A DNA stretch of 64,000 nucleotides from Thermotogota bacterium (GCA_024233675.1 JACKPH010000001.1:436682-500681); one strand, 5' to 3'; positions 47,470 through 58,424 are shown, counted from the first letter of the stretch. Translations and numbers: made by a program. Notes: generated by a model not told the origin, from the sequence alone.

Positions 47470-49682
47470 GAAAAATATTTCTTTTTCTTTTTATTATTAT
47501 ATGTTTAATTTCTGAAGGTGCATATTTAAATTATTCCGATGATATTACCGTATTAAATTTAGAAAAAACGGAGTATTTTACAGAAAAGAATGATACATCA
47601 ACTTTTTTCAGGATAAATACTGATACAGTTTTTGAGGAAAAAGAGTTTATAATAAACAGAGGACCTTTAAAATATATGAAAATAAAAGATAATTTTATTG
47701 AAATATATTCATATGTTCCCGTGGAAATAAAAGAATCCGGGGATAAAATATATTTTGAATATACAGAAAAAGGCGGAATACTTGATTTTTCAGGAGAAAA
47801 TATTAAATTAAAGGATATTTTAAAATTATTTTTTGAGAATGAAAAACTAAACTGGGTTTTCAGTACGGATATACCGGAAAAAAATATAACTTTTTATTCT
47901 AAAAAAATAAAATTTCCTGACATAATAAGAATAACCGAAAAAGTTTACGGATTAAAATTTGATTATTACGGTGAAAATACAGTGATCGTATCTTCATCGG
48001 AAAAAAATTTCGATAATAATATGCCTTATATAATTAATACCAAAAGTGAAGAAATAACAGATATTTCAACAGAAACTACCGTTACTGTTTCCGAAAATGA
48101 AATTAAAGAAGTAAAAGATAAAAAGTATGTTTATATAGTTCTTGATAATAAAGTGAATATAAAAAATATAAGTAAAATTTTTCCGGCGGAAATAGCTGAA
48201 ACAGAAATTTCTTATGTGGTAAAAACAGAAGAGGAAAATATAGGTATTTTCACCGAAATATATCAGAAACTTCTCGATGTTTATTATGAAAATATTCCTG
48301 AAACTAAAGAGGAAAAAACGGAAATTGAAATAAAAGAAAATGTTGTTAAAGAAGAGGAAAATAAAGAAGAAAAAATATATTATATTGCCGAAAGCAGTTA
48401 TAATCTTGAAAAATTTTCCGAAATATATGATTTAAAAATAACACATATATCTGATAATAAATACCTGATTTTCGGTAATAAGGAAAAAATAGATGAAATT
48501 TTGTCTATAGGATCGGAAAATTATATATCGTATATTGCCGAAAGCAGTTATAATCTTGAAAAATTTTCCGAAATATACGGTGTAAAAATAATACATATAT
48601 CGGACAACAAATATATTCTTTTCGGGGAAGAGAAAAAAATAAAAGATATTCTGGCACTTAATATAGAAAATATAACTTATTCCGAACCTGAAATAATTAA
48701 TGAAAAAACAGAAAAAATAGTTATTTTACCTTATAATGTTAATAATATATTCGTAAAAATATTAAATTCTAAAAATATAAATTATGATATAATTGACAGA
48801 TTTGAAGAAAAGATTGTTTTTAAGATAAATGCCGATGAAGAAGAGTTAAAATACATAGATGAGTCAGTCAGAATTTTTAATACAGATATTTACAGCGGAA
48901 ATTACGATTTAAAACAATTAATAACAAATACCGCAAAAAAAGAAGGTATAAATGTAATAAGTAAATTCAGTAAAAATTATTCTGTTTATGTTAACGATGA
49001 AAATATAAATATTGAGAGAATATTAAAATTAGTATCTTTTTACGGAATAATGTATAATTATATAGATGATAAAACTATTGTTTTTTTTGAAAGCGATAAA
49101 ATCCTTAAATATTCTGTTTTTGTACTTTCAGGTGATGATATAGATAAAATAGGCATAGAAGATATATATTTTTTAAAATATATATCCGATGAAAATTATT
49201 ATTTTTCAGATAAAAGCTATATAATATCAAATCCTGTTTTATACGCAAAAGAAAATGAAAACGCAGTACTTAATTCGACTTTTTCTGTTCCGGTGATTGA
49301 AAACAGCGGAAACAAAGAAACTCCTGATAAAGTTATAGGTTATATAAAAACAGGATTCAGTCTTGAAGTTTCTGGAGATTATAACTATGGTAACAGAACA
49401 ATAGATTCATATGTTAAAATAAGTATAAGTGAACTTAATCAGGCACTTAAAGACGGTATAAATGAAAAATCACTTACAACAAAAATAAAAGTTTTTGACG
49501 GAGGAACCGTAAAGATAGGTTCTATTGATATTGTTCAGCTTTACGATAAAGAAAAAGGTATTCCTTTTTTTAGTGATATACCGCTTTTCGGAAGCATGTT
49601 CAGAAAATATGAAAAGAGGGAAAACAGAACAAAGATATATTTTATAATAAAGATAGATTCACTTAATTATCCGGAAATTTAA
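47466..49682 (+). CDS. Secretin family outer-membrane channel (PilQ/GspD-like) with duplicated N-domain
   Basis: A signal peptide is present. The C-terminal secretin signature reads GGTVKIGS...KGIPFFSDIPLFGSMFRK...RTKIYFIIKI. The start overlaps the upstream stop (ATGA). Confidence 0.75.
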   Translation: MRKIFLFLFIIICLISEGAYLNYSDDITVLNLEKTEYFTEKNDTSTFFRINTDTVFEEKEFIINRGPLKYMKIKDNFIEIYSYVPVEIKESGDKIYFEYTEKGGILDFSGENIKLKDILKLFFENEKLNWVFSTDIPEKNITFYSKKIKFPDIIRITEKVYGLKFDYYGENTVIVSSSEKNFDNNMPYIINTKSEEITDISTETTVTVSENEIKEVKDKKYVYIVLDNKVNIKNISKIFPAEIAETEISYVVKTEEENIGIFTEIYQKLLDVYYENIPETKEEKTEIEIKENVVKEEENKEEKIYYIAESSYNLEKFSEIYDLKITHISDNKYLIFGNKEKIDEILSIGSENYISYIAESSYNLEKFSEIYGVKIIHISDNKYILFGEEKKIKDILALNIENITYSEPEIINEKTEKIVILPYNVNNIFVKILNSKNINYDIIDRFEEKIVFKINADEEELKYIDESVRIFNTDIYSGNYDLKQLITNTAKKEGINVISKFSKNYSVYVNDENINIERILKLVSFYGIMYNYIDDKTIVFFESDKILKYSVFVLSGDDIDKIGIEDIYFLKYISDENYYFSDKSYIISNPVLYAKENENAVLNSTFSVPVIENSGNKETPDKVIGYIKTGFSLEVSGDYNYGNRTIDSYVKISISELNQALKDGINEKSLTTKIKVFDGGTVKIGSIDIVQLYDKEKGIPFFSDIPLFGSMFRKYEKRENRTKIYFIIKIDSLNYPEI
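48381..48680 (+). repeat. Two tandem 150-bp (50-codon) repeats inside the secretin gene
   Basis: Positions 48381-48427 are identical to 48531-48577 (47 of 47 nt). The rest of the unit is clearly homologous but diverged (YIAESSYNLEKFSEIYDLKITHISDNKYLIFG versus ..GVKIIHISDNKYILFG). Confidence 0.9.
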
Positions 49683-49697
49683 TTTCAGGAGGTAAAG

Positions 49698-50504
49698 TTG
49701 AAAGAAAGAAGATCACTGTATACCGGTTTTTTTTACCCGGCTTCCAGAAATAAAATAAAAGAACTTTTTGATTTTTTTACAGATGATAAAGTAAATATAT
49801 GCAATAGTATAAATAAGAGGATGGGGCTTATAGTACCCCACGCCGGTTATATGTACTGTGCAAAAACAGCTTTAAATGCTTATAAAAGTGTTTTTAGCGA
49901 AACAAAAATAAAAAGGGTTATAATAATGGGTCCTGATCACAACAATATGGCAAAACCGATTTCTGTATACGGAGGAGGTCCCTGGATAACTCCTATGGGA
50001 AAGGTTGAAATAGACTACGATTTTGTGAAATTTCTTATAGGAAATGAAGGGTTTTATGAGGATAGTAACGGTCATATAAAAGAACATTCTATAGAAGTTC
50101 AGTTACCTTATCTGCAGTATTTTATGGAAGATAATTTTAAAATAGTTCCCATCATTATAGGAAATCAGTCTTTCGGTAATATAATGAAAATTTCGGAAAT
50201 TTTGGAAAAAAATACAGAGAAAGGTGATTTAATAATAGCGTCTACAGATTTAAACCATTATGAAAATCAGAAAATAACACATGAAAAAGATTATAAAATT
50301 ATAGAGGCAGTCAGAAGAAGAGATTCAAATAAACTTTATGAAATCATAGAACAGGATAAGATTTCTATGTGCGGATACGGGGCTGTTTCGGTTTTATTAA
50401 ATATGAATTTTTCAGATGTTTCTGTTATTTCACACAGCACCAGTGCAGAAGTTAACGGGAATTTTTCAAGTGTTGTAGGTTATATGTCAGCTCTTTTTAA
50501 TTAA
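49698..50504 (+). CDS. MEMO1 family protein (AmmeMemoRadiSam system protein B)
   Basis: GFFYPAS, VPHAGYMYC, GPDHN and TDLNHY are typical Memo-like motifs. TTG start after AGGAGG. Confidence 0.85.
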   Translation: MKERRSLYTGFFYPASRNKIKELFDFFTDDKVNICNSINKRMGLIVPHAGYMYCAKTALNAYKSVFSETKIKRVIIMGPDHNNMAKPISVYGGGPWITPMGKVEIDYDFVKFLIGNEGFYEDSNGHIKEHSIEVQLPYLQYFMEDNFKIVPIIIGNQSFGNIMKISEILEKNTEKGDLIIASTDLNHYENQKITHEKDYKIIEAVRRRDSNKLYEIIEQDKISMCGYGAVSVLLNMNFSDVSVISHSTSAEVNGNFSSVVGYMSALFN

Positions 50505-50518
50505 TACGGAGGTGTAAA

Positions 50519-50860
50519 ATGATTGTTGAAACCGAATACGGTACAGTAAACATTAAAAGTGAAGTAGTAAAAGATATAGTATATAAAGCCGTAATGGAAT
50601 CTTACGGTACAGTAGATATGGGAAAACAGGGCTTTTTTGACAAGCTTGCAAATTTGTGGATAAAAGAAGAATCCAAAGGAATAAGTGTTATAGAAGAAGA
50701 AGGTAAAATTGTTGTCAATCTTGATCTTGTTCTTGAATACGGACTTCCTGTAAAAAAAGTTGCCGAGAATACACAGGAAAACGTTTATCACAGAATAGAA
50801 TCCATGTTAAATTACAATGACGTTGTTGTCAATGTACATATAGCAGGACTTAAGTTTTGA
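50519..50860 (+). CDS. Asp23/Gls24 family envelope stress protein
   Basis: The N-terminus GTVNIKSEVVKDIVYKAVMESYG and the C-terminus VNVHIAGL are typical of Asp23. Confidence 0.85.
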   Translation: MIVETEYGTVNIKSEVVKDIVYKAVMESYGTVDMGKQGFFDKLANLWIKEESKGISVIEEEGKIVVNLDLVLEYGLPVKKVAENTQENVYHRIESMLNYNDVVVNVHIAGLKF

Positions 50861-50877
50861 GAAAGGGAGAATATTCT

Positions 50878-52521
50878 ATGAAAAAAATACTAGAGGGAAA
50901 AGATTTATATATAGGAATAAAAAAAGCAGCATCAGAACTTATTAAACACAGAGACGAGATAAATACATTAAACGTATTTCCGGTGCCTGACGGAGATACA
51001 GGGTCAAATATGAGTGCCGCAATGCTTGAAGCCTGTACCTGGCTCGATAAAGTGAAAAATAATAATAATACAAAAGAAGTACTTAAAGCTTTAAGAGACG
51101 GGTTACTTATGGGTGCAAGAGGAAATTCCGGAGTTATTCTTTCGCAGGTTTTCAGAGGGTTTACAGAATATCTTGACGGTGTAAAAAGTATAACAACAAA
51201 AGAATTTGTTTATGCCCTTAAAAATGCCAAGGAAATAGCATATCATGCTGTTATAAAACCTGTTGAGGGAACAATGCTTACTCTTATCAGAGTTTTGTCC
51301 GAAAGAGCGGAAAATGAAATAATAGATATAGAAGATTATGCTGAATTTACGGAAAAACTTTATAAAATTGCGGAAGAAGTTGTTGAAGAAACACCTAAAT
51401 ATTTAAAAAAATTACGGGATGCAAATGTTGTAGATGCCGGTGCAAAAGGTCTTGCATATATATTCAAAGGTATAATGCTTTCTGTTCACGGTGATAACGA
51501 TATACAGCTCGATAATATAGAAAATGCTTCTGTTGAAGATATTTCAAATATAGCCTATGAAGATATAAAATTTCAGTACTGTACAGAATGTGTTTTAAAA
51601 CTTTCAAATAGTGATATTCCTAAAAAGGATCTTGAATCGGTAAGGGCTTTCCTTGAAGAAATAGGAGATTCTATTGTACTTGTTCATCAGGGAGAATTTC
51701 TTAAAACACATGTTCATACAAATCATCCGGGAAGTGTTTTTGAAAAATTTCTCGAGTACGGTGAATTTATGAAAGTAAAAGTTGATAATATGAAAATACA
51801 GCATGAACATGTTGTTGAATCAAAAAATAATGTTAAAGAAGAAGAAGAGGAAAATTATCCGGAAAGAAACTGGGGAATAATATCAGTATCTCCGGGAGAA
51901 GGAATAACTAAAATATTTAAGAGTCTTGGTGTTAGTAAAGTTATATTCGGAGGTCAGACAATGAACCCATCCGTAAAGGATATGTCTGATGCAGTAGAGG
52001 AAATACCGTATGAGAATATTATTTTACTTCCCAATAATCCTAATATAATAATGACTGCGGAAAAAGCAGCTGAAGTATCAGGAAAAAATGTAATTGTAAT
52101 ACCTACAAAATATGTTCAGGAAGGGGTGTCAGCTTTACTCGGATTTCAGGATGACATGCCTCAGGAAGAACTTATGCAGTCTATGGGTGAGTATGTGAAA
52201 TCTGTTGTACCTATTCAGGTTACTTATGCAATAAGAGATTCCGAAATAGACGGAGAAAATATTAAAAAAGGTGAATACCTTATTTTTACCGGTAAAGAAT
52301 TAAGTGCCCACGGTGAGGATATGTATGAAAAAACAAAAGAAATCCTTCTCAGTCATGTTTCAGAAGGATATGAAATAATAACTATTTTTTACGGTGAGGA
52401 AGCCGATCAGCAGAAAGTAAATGAAATGGCTAACGATATAATGAACAAATTTTCTAACATTGAAATAGAAATACATAACGGTGGTCAGAATCATTATCCT
52501 ATGCTAATATCTTTGGAGTAG
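50878..52521 (+). CDS. DAK2 domain fusion protein (YloV family)
   Basis: The motif [15 protein letters not shown] is present, and Asp23-YloV is a conserved gene pair. The start is moved to ATG 50878 after AAGGGAG. Confidence 0.85.
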   Translation: MKKILEGKDLYIGIKKAASELIKHRDEINTLNVFPVPDGDTGSNMSAAMLEACTWLDKVKNNNNTKEVLKALRDGLLMGARGNSGVILSQVFRGFTEYLDGVKSITTKEFVYALKNAKEIAYHAVIKPVEGTMLTLIRVLSERAENEIIDIEDYAEFTEKLYKIAEEVVEETPKYLKKLRDANVVDAGAKGLAYIFKGIMLSVHGDNDIQLDNIENASVEDISNIAYEDIKFQYCTECVLKLSNSDIPKKDLESVRAFLEEIGDSIVLVHQGEFLKTHVHTNHPGSVFEKFLEYGEFMKVKVDNMKIQHEHVVESKNNVKEEEEENYPERNWGIISVSPGEGITKIFKSLGVSKVIFGGQTMNPSVKDMSDAVEEIPYENIILLPNNPNIIMTAEKAAEVSGKNVIVIPTKYVQEGVSALLGFQDDMPQEELMQSMGEYVKSVVPIQVTYAIRDSEIDGENIKKGEYLIFTGKELSAHGEDMYEKTKEILLSHVSEGYEIITIFYGEEADQQKVNEMANDIMNKFSNIEIEIHNGGQNHYPMLISLE

Positions 52522-52538
52522 TAACGGAGGGAATTCAG

Positions 52539-53399
52539 TTGAAAATACAGGAATTAATAATGACGCTTAATTCATTTTGGGCGGGACACGGTTGTGTTAT
52601 AGATCAGCCTTATGATATGGAAATGGGTGCGGGAACATATCACCCTTCTACATTTTTCAGATCTCTCGGAAAAGATCCGATAAAAATTGCATATATACAG
52701 CCAAGCAGAAGACCTACAGACGGAAGATACGGAGAAAATCCAAACAGAATGCAGAGATTTTACCAGTATCAGGTTTTAATAAAACCGTCACCTGAAAATA
52801 TACAGGAAATATATCTTGAAAGTCTCAAAGAAATAGGAATAAATCCGCAGGAACATGACATAAGATTTGTTGAGGATAACTGGGAATCACCTACTCTCGG
52901 AGCATGGGGTGTAGGATGGGAAGTATGGCTTGACGGTATGGAAATAACTCAGTTTACATATTTTCAGCAAATGGGAGGAATAGATGTAAGTCCCGTTTCT
53001 GTTGAAATAACTTACGGTATTGAAAGAATTTCAATGTATCTTCAGGATATAGAAAATGTTTATGATACATACTGGAATGATGAAGTAAAATACGAAAGAC
53101 TTTATAAGGAAAATGAAAGACAGTTTTCCGTATTTAATTTTGACGAAGCTGACATAGAAATGCTTAAAAATCTTTATAACATTTATCAGAAAGAATTTTA
53201 CAGACTTATAGATAAAAAACTTTATTTACCTGCTTATGATTTTCTTATAAAAACTTCGCATTCTTTTAACCTTCTGGATGCCAGAAATGCAATAAGTGTA
53301 AATGAAAGACAGAAATACATACTTGATATAAGAAACATGTCGAGAAAATGTGCAGAAACTTATGTTGAAGCATTGGACGGAGGAGAAAAAAATGAATAA
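52539..53399 (+). CDS. glyQ: Glycine--tRNA ligase alpha subunit
   Basis: The sequence [43 protein letters not shown] is highly conserved GlyQ. Confidence 0.96.
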   Translation: MKIQELIMTLNSFWAGHGCVIDQPYDMEMGAGTYHPSTFFRSLGKDPIKIAYIQPSRRPTDGRYGENPNRMQRFYQYQVLIKPSPENIQEIYLESLKEIGINPQEHDIRFVEDNWESPTLGAWGVGWEVWLDGMEITQFTYFQQMGGIDVSPVSVEITYGIERISMYLQDIENVYDTYWNDEVKYERLYKENERQFSVFNFDEADIEMLKNLYNIYQKEFYRLIDKKLYLPAYDFLIKTSHSFNLLDARNAISVNERQKYILDIRNMSRKCAETYVEALDGGEKNE

Positions 53400-55422
53400 A
53401 TATTTACTTTACTTAGAAACAGAAGAAATGCCATCCAGTGAGTACGATAACATAAAAAATCAGTTAGAAGAAGCGTTTAAAGATAATCTTCAGAAAAGAA
53501 AAATAGAATATAAAGATATAAATGTTTTCATAGCCCCGAGAAGATTCGGTGTTTACATAACAGATCTTTCGGAAGGTGAAGAAGATACAACAGAAGAAAG
53601 AAAAGGACCTGCAAAAGTTGCTGCTTATGATAAAGACGGTAATCCTACAAAAGCACTTAACGGATTTCTCAGATCATGCGGAAAAACAGAAAATGATGTT
53701 ACAATAAAAGAATTTAATTCGGCAGAGTATGTTTTTGTTAAAATAGATAAAAAAGGATTTTCAACAAAAGAAATACTTAGTGAAATTTCTCCTGAAATAA
53801 TTAAAAAATTAAATTTTAAAAAATCAATGAGATGGGGTAACGGTGAATATTCTTTTGTAAGACCTATTCATAATATAATATCGGTTTTCAACGATGAAAA
53901 ACTCGATATTGAGCTTTTCGGTAAAAAATCATCTTTTATTATAAAAGGACACAGATTTTTCGGGGAAAATTTTGAATTAGAAAACACAGAGAATCTTTTT
54001 CAGAAACTCGAAGAAAACTATGTAATTCCTTTTTTTGAAAAAAGAACCGAAAGAATTAAAGAAGAAATAAAAAGAGTAGAAAATAAATACGGTATAAATG
54101 TTGATTCTGACGGGAATCTCATAAATGAAATAGCACAGCTTACAGAGTATCCTTCTGCCGTTGTAGGTGAATTTAAAGAAAAATATATGTATCTTCCCGA
54201 AGAGGTTATAACAACTACAATAAAACATCATCAGAGAAGTTTCGTGGCAAAAGAAAACGGAAAAATTTCAAATAAATATGTTTCTTTTCAGGACGGATAC
54301 GGAAGAGAAGAAAATATAACCAAGGGTTATTCCGTTGTTATAAATTCAAGACTTGATGATGCCGCTTTTTATTACGATGATGATATGGAAACAAAAATAG
54401 AAGACAGACTGGAAAAATTAAACGGTATAACTTATCAGCAGGGTCTCGGAACATATTATGATAAAGTAAAAAGAATAGTTAAACTTTCTGATTTTATTGC
54501 AGGTGAAATAGGTACGGAAAATAAAAATACCGAAAGAGCTGCTCTTCTCTGTAAAATAGATATACCTTCAAGTGTAGTTTTTGAATTTCCTGAACTTCAG
54601 GGAAAAATGGCGGAAATATATCTTAAAAACAAAAATGAAAATTATGATGTTTATAAAGCTTCGGAAGAACATTATCATCCTGTGGAGGAAACAGATTGTG
54701 TTCCTGAAAATGAAGTATCGGGTATCATTTCTCTTGCGGACAGAATAGATGATATAGTAGGATATTTCTGTATAGGAAAAATTCCTACAGGATCAAAAGA
54801 TCCTTTTGCTTTGAGAAGAAAGGCTTTCGGAGTAATAAGAATAATTACCGAAAATAACTGGGATATTGATCTTGAAAAAATTATAAATTACAGTAAGGAA
54901 ATATATTCAAAGGATTTTGACACAGAAAAAATGAATGAATTTTTTATGAGCAGATTTGAAACAATACTCATAAAGGAAAATATCAAAACTGATGTTATAA
55001 AGACAGTTGTATCAAACTGGAAAAAACCGTTGAGAGTTTATAAAATTTCAAAAATGCTTAACGAATACACCGAAAAAGATATTTTCAGAGATTTTATGAC
55101 AGCGTTTCAGAGAATAAACAATATTTCAAAAAATTATGAAAAAAACAGTTTCGATGAAAATCTTTTTGTTCTTGATGCTGAAAAAAATTTATATAAAAAA
55201 TACAGTGAAATATTTCCAATTTATACTGAAAATATAAAAAATATGAAGTATTCTGATGCAGTAGAAATTATACTCGGATTGAAAAATTATATTGATAATT
55301 ATTTTGAGGATGTTTTTGTAATGGATAAAGATGATAATGTAAAAAATAACAGACTTGGTTTTCTCAGAAAATTATCTGAACTTTTTTTAGAAATTGGTGA
55401 TATTTCCAGATTATATCAATAA
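53392..55422 (+). CDS. glyS: Glycine--tRNA ligase beta subunit
   Basis: The sequence [10 protein letters not shown]...PRRFGVY...[15 protein letters not shown] is typical of GlyS. The start is moved to ATG 53392 after GGAGGAG and overlaps the glyQ stop by 8 nt. Confidence 0.95.
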   Translation: MNKYLLYLETEEMPSSEYDNIKNQLEEAFKDNLQKRKIEYKDINVFIAPRRFGVYITDLSEGEEDTTEERKGPAKVAAYDKDGNPTKALNGFLRSCGKTENDVTIKEFNSAEYVFVKIDKKGFSTKEILSEISPEIIKKLNFKKSMRWGNGEYSFVRPIHNIISVFNDEKLDIELFGKKSSFIIKGHRFFGENFELENTENLFQKLEENYVIPFFEKRTERIKEEIKRVENKYGINVDSDGNLINEIAQLTEYPSAVVGEFKEKYMYLPEEVITTTIKHHQRSFVAKENGKISNKYVSFQDGYGREENITKGYSVVINSRLDDAAFYYDDDMETKIEDRLEKLNGITYQQGLGTYYDKVKRIVKLSDFIAGEIGTENKNTERAALLCKIDIPSSVVFEFPELQGKMAEIYLKNKNENYDVYKASEEHYHPVEETDCVPENEVSGIISLADRIDDIVGYFCIGKIPTGSKDPFALRRKAFGVIRIITENNWDIDLEKIINYSKEIYSKDFDTEKMNEFFMSRFETILIKENIKTDVIKTVVSNWKKPLRVYKISKMLNEYTEKDIFRDFMTAFQRINNISKNYEKNSFDENLFVLDAEKNLYKKYSEIFPIYTENIKNMKYSDAVEIILGLKNYIDNYFEDVFVMDKDDNVKNNRLGFLRKLSELFLEIGDISRLYQ

Positions 55423-55436
55423 CTGGAGGTTATTTT

Positions 55437-56384
55437 ATGAATAATTTTATTGACGAATTAGACTTTGAGGGCTGCGTTCTTTTTAAACCTGATGAAAATA
55501 AAAATAAAAGTATAACATTCCCGTCTCTGATATATTTCAAAGGATATTCATCCGAATACGGAAAGGGAAGTGCTGTTTTAGCTGATTTTGACAGAGTTAT
55601 AGAAATATGGTCGGATGAAAAAAAACCTGATAAAAATATGGATTATAAAAAGAATCAGATTAAAGATTTTACAGGTGTTGAATTTTCTCCTGAGGTTCTT
55701 CTTTTACCCGATAACTGGGAAGATTTTATGGAATATGTTTATTATTTTATAGAAAGCGGAGAACTTGATATTATTTCAATGAATTTTGAAAATAAAAAAG
55801 AAGTCAGGGAAGACTATATAGAAAATTTTATAACAATACTTCAGAATACAAAAATAATTAATGACAGTCTTGAAGATATAATGGGAAAAGAAAACAATCT
55901 CATAAATGTCAGTCTTATCAATTCAGGAAAAATGCTTGTATTTTCTGTTAATCTTAGCAAATATATAGAAATGGCAAATATGTTTCAAAATGAAAATGAA
56001 AAGAAATTTTTATGGCTTATAATTGACAGTGCATTAAAAGTAAAACTTATGAAATATTTCGGAAATTATAATATTTCTCCTGTAAGTAAAGGGATAACCG
56101 GAATATTTGTGGATGAGTTTGACAGTAAAGAGTTAAGTAAAATTCTTCTTGAACTGAAAGAAGAAATAAAATTTAAATCTGAAGATATAACTGAAAAAGT
56201 TAAAAATAATTTAAATCTTTTAAAATATATAGACATACTCACGGAAACTGAGAAAAAAACATCAAACGAAGGAAGTTCTTCCATGTGGAATCTTCTGGAA
56301 ACTATTGTTATAGACTATATGATAAATTCTGAAAAATCATTTTCCTCAAATATAGAAAAAATAGGAGATTTAATTAAAAATTAA
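55437..56384 (+). CDS. Hypothetical protein (315 aa, acidic, no recognised motif)
   Basis: A strong SD (GGAGGT) is present, 14 nt after the glyS stop. It appears to be cytoplasmic. Confidence 0.6.
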   Translation: MNNFIDELDFEGCVLFKPDENKNKSITFPSLIYFKGYSSEYGKGSAVLADFDRVIEIWSDEKKPDKNMDYKKNQIKDFTGVEFSPEVLLLPDNWEDFMEYVYYFIESGELDIISMNFENKKEVREDYIENFITILQNTKIINDSLEDIMGKENNLINVSLINSGKMLVFSVNLSKYIEMANMFQNENEKKFLWLIIDSALKVKLMKYFGNYNISPVSKGITGIFVDEFDSKELSKILLELKEEIKFKSEDITEKVKNNLNLLKYIDILTETEKKTSNEGSSSMWNLLETIVIDYMINSEKSFSSNIEKIGDLIKN

Positions 56385-56403
56385 TTTAGAAAAGGGTGTT
56401 TTA

Positions 56404-57504
56404 ATGGATGTTTTGTATTATGAAAATATAAAAAAGTGTCCCTTTTATGAACCAACATATAAGAGACCCGGAACATATTTCAAAGTTCAGATAGAAGGAG
56501 TTGAACTTGAGGCCAATTATGAAGAATTTTCAGACGGAAAAGTATTTATAGTACGTGCGGGAAGAGATATAAAACTATCTCACTGGATACATATTTACAC
56601 TGTATATAAATATTTTGAAAGTCTTGACCAAAAAGTAGATGAAATAATAGTTGAACTTGAAAATAAAAAATATCATGTAAGAAAAAATGAATTAATGCTA
56701 AAAGAAAAGTGGATAAAAAAAGATATTCAGAGACTAAAGACAAAAGAAAAAGAACCCGGTTCTCAGTGCAGATTCTGTACTGTTAAAGAGCATTGTCATT
56801 CTGAACTTTTAAAACATAATAATTTACTCGTTGTTCCTGCAGTCAGCTCCAAGATAATAGAGGACTTCAGGGAAATGGAAATTGATCCTGTTGAAATAGT
56901 AAAGAGCAATCAGATTGATAAATTCAATGAACAGTATAAAAAGCCCTTATACAATATTATGTCAATTGTTTACAACAAAGTTTATAAAATTTCTGATATA
57001 GCTATACCTGATAATTACATAATATTTGATGTTGAAACATATGTAAAAAGGGATTTTCTTTTCGGATATCTTATTGACGGACAGTATAAACCTTTTGTTT
57101 TTCACAAGATGAATGATAAACGTGCCGAAGAAATGGTAAATTTCCTCTATGAAAGTGACAGATATCTTGTTCACTATGATTCTCATGATGTAAAAGCACT
57201 TATGAATTTTGCAAAACTTTATCCTGAGCATAAAAATAAAATAGAACATATACTTAAAAAGACATTTGATGTCTTTGAACTGATAATAAAAAATTATTCT
57301 ATACCTGTAACGTCTTATTCGCTTAAGGATATAAGTAAATATTTCGGTTTCGAGTGGAGAACAAATTTAAACGGATATGCAGTAATAATAGAATATCAGA
57401 GATATCTTAAAGGTGAAGAGGAAATAATGAAAAAAATACTTGATTATAATGAAGATGACTGCAGATCTACAGAAGTTGTTATAGAAAAGCTTAGAAAAAT
57501 CTGA
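56404..57504 (+). CDS. Putative RecB-family nuclease, TM0106-like (Cas4-like Cys cluster plus RNase H-like/DEDD exonuclease domain)
   Basis: The Cys pattern is C(KKCPF)...CRFCTVKEHC, which is C-Xn-C-X2-C-X5-C as in Cas4 Fe-S nucleases. The C-terminal half carries IIFDVET, HYDSHDV and YNEDDC, typical of the RNase H-like domain of this family. Confidence 0.55.
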   Translation: MDVLYYENIKKCPFYEPTYKRPGTYFKVQIEGVELEANYEEFSDGKVFIVRAGRDIKLSHWIHIYTVYKYFESLDQKVDEIIVELENKKYHVRKNELMLKEKWIKKDIQRLKTKEKEPGSQCRFCTVKEHCHSELLKHNNLLVVPAVSSKIIEDFREMEIDPVEIVKSNQIDKFNEQYKKPLYNIMSIVYNKVYKISDIAIPDNYIIFDVETYVKRDFLFGYLIDGQYKPFVFHKMNDKRAEEMVNFLYESDRYLVHYDSHDVKALMNFAKLYPEHKNKIEHILKKTFDVFELIIKNYSIPVTSYSLKDISKYFGFEWRTNLNGYAVIIEYQRYLKGEEEIMKKILDYNEDDCRSTEVVIEKLRKI

Positions 57505-57512
57505 GGTGAAAT

Positions 57513-58424
57513 GTGGAAAATAAAACAAAAAGCGGTTTTATAGCAATGGCCGGTAAACCGAATGTCGGAAAATCAACACTTATAAATTCTCTGATGGGTC
57601 AGAAAATTGTAATAACTTCAAATAAACCGCAGACCACAAGAAATAAAATAAACTGTATTTACACTGAAGATAATTATCAGATGATATTTGTAGATACACC
57701 GGGAATACATAAACCTCTGCATAAACTCGGTGAATATATGGTTGATATTGCCGTTAACTCTCTTAACGGTGTTGATATTGTTCTGTTTGTTCTTGAAAGT
57801 ACACATATGCCGACAGAAGAAGATGAAAGAGTATATACTATAGTAAGAAAATCAAAAATACCTTATTTATGTGTAATAAACAAAACAGACAGAAAAAAAG
57901 AAGAAGTAATAAATCATATAAAATCTTCCGATTATGTTAAAAATGAAAAATGTCTCGGTGTAATAGAAACATCTGCAATAAACGGTGAAAATACTGAAGA
58001 ACTTAAAAATAAAATAAAAGAAATATTACCTTTCGGACCTATGTATTATCCTGAAGATACAATAACGGACAGACCGTCAAGATTTCTTATATCTGAACTG
58101 ATAAGAGAAAAAATATTTAATCTTACAAGTCAGGAAGTGCCGCATTCTTCGGGAGTTGTTATTGAAGACCTTAAAACAAGAGAAAACGGTATGCTTTATG
58201 TAAGAGCTTATATATATATGGAAAGAGAATCACAGAAAGGTATAATAATAGGAAAAAACGGACAGATGATAAAAGAAATAGGTCAGCTTGCAAGAAAAGA
58301 TATAGAAGATCTTTTTGAAATGCCTGTTTTTCTCGATCTTCATGTTAAGGTAAAAAAGAACTGGAGAGAAAGTGACTTTTTAATAAGAAATACAATGGAG
58401 TTTAAAAATGATATAAAAAAATAA
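57513..58424 (+). CDS. era: GTPase Era
   Basis: G1 is GKPNVGKST, G3 is DTPG and G4 is NKTD, with a KH domain at the C-terminus. GTG start. Confidence 0.95.
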   Translation: MENKTKSGFIAMAGKPNVGKSTLINSLMGQKIVITSNKPQTTRNKINCIYTEDNYQMIFVDTPGIHKPLHKLGEYMVDIAVNSLNGVDIVLFVLESTHMPTEEDERVYTIVRKSKIPYLCVINKTDRKKEEVINHIKSSDYVKNEKCLGVIETSAINGENTEELKNKIKEILPFGPMYYPEDTITDRPSRFLISELIREKIFNLTSQEVPHSSGVVIEDLKTRENGMLYVRAYIYMERESQKGIIIGKNGQMIKEIGQLARKDIEDLFEMPVFLDLHVKVKKNWRESDFLIRNTMEFKNDIKK

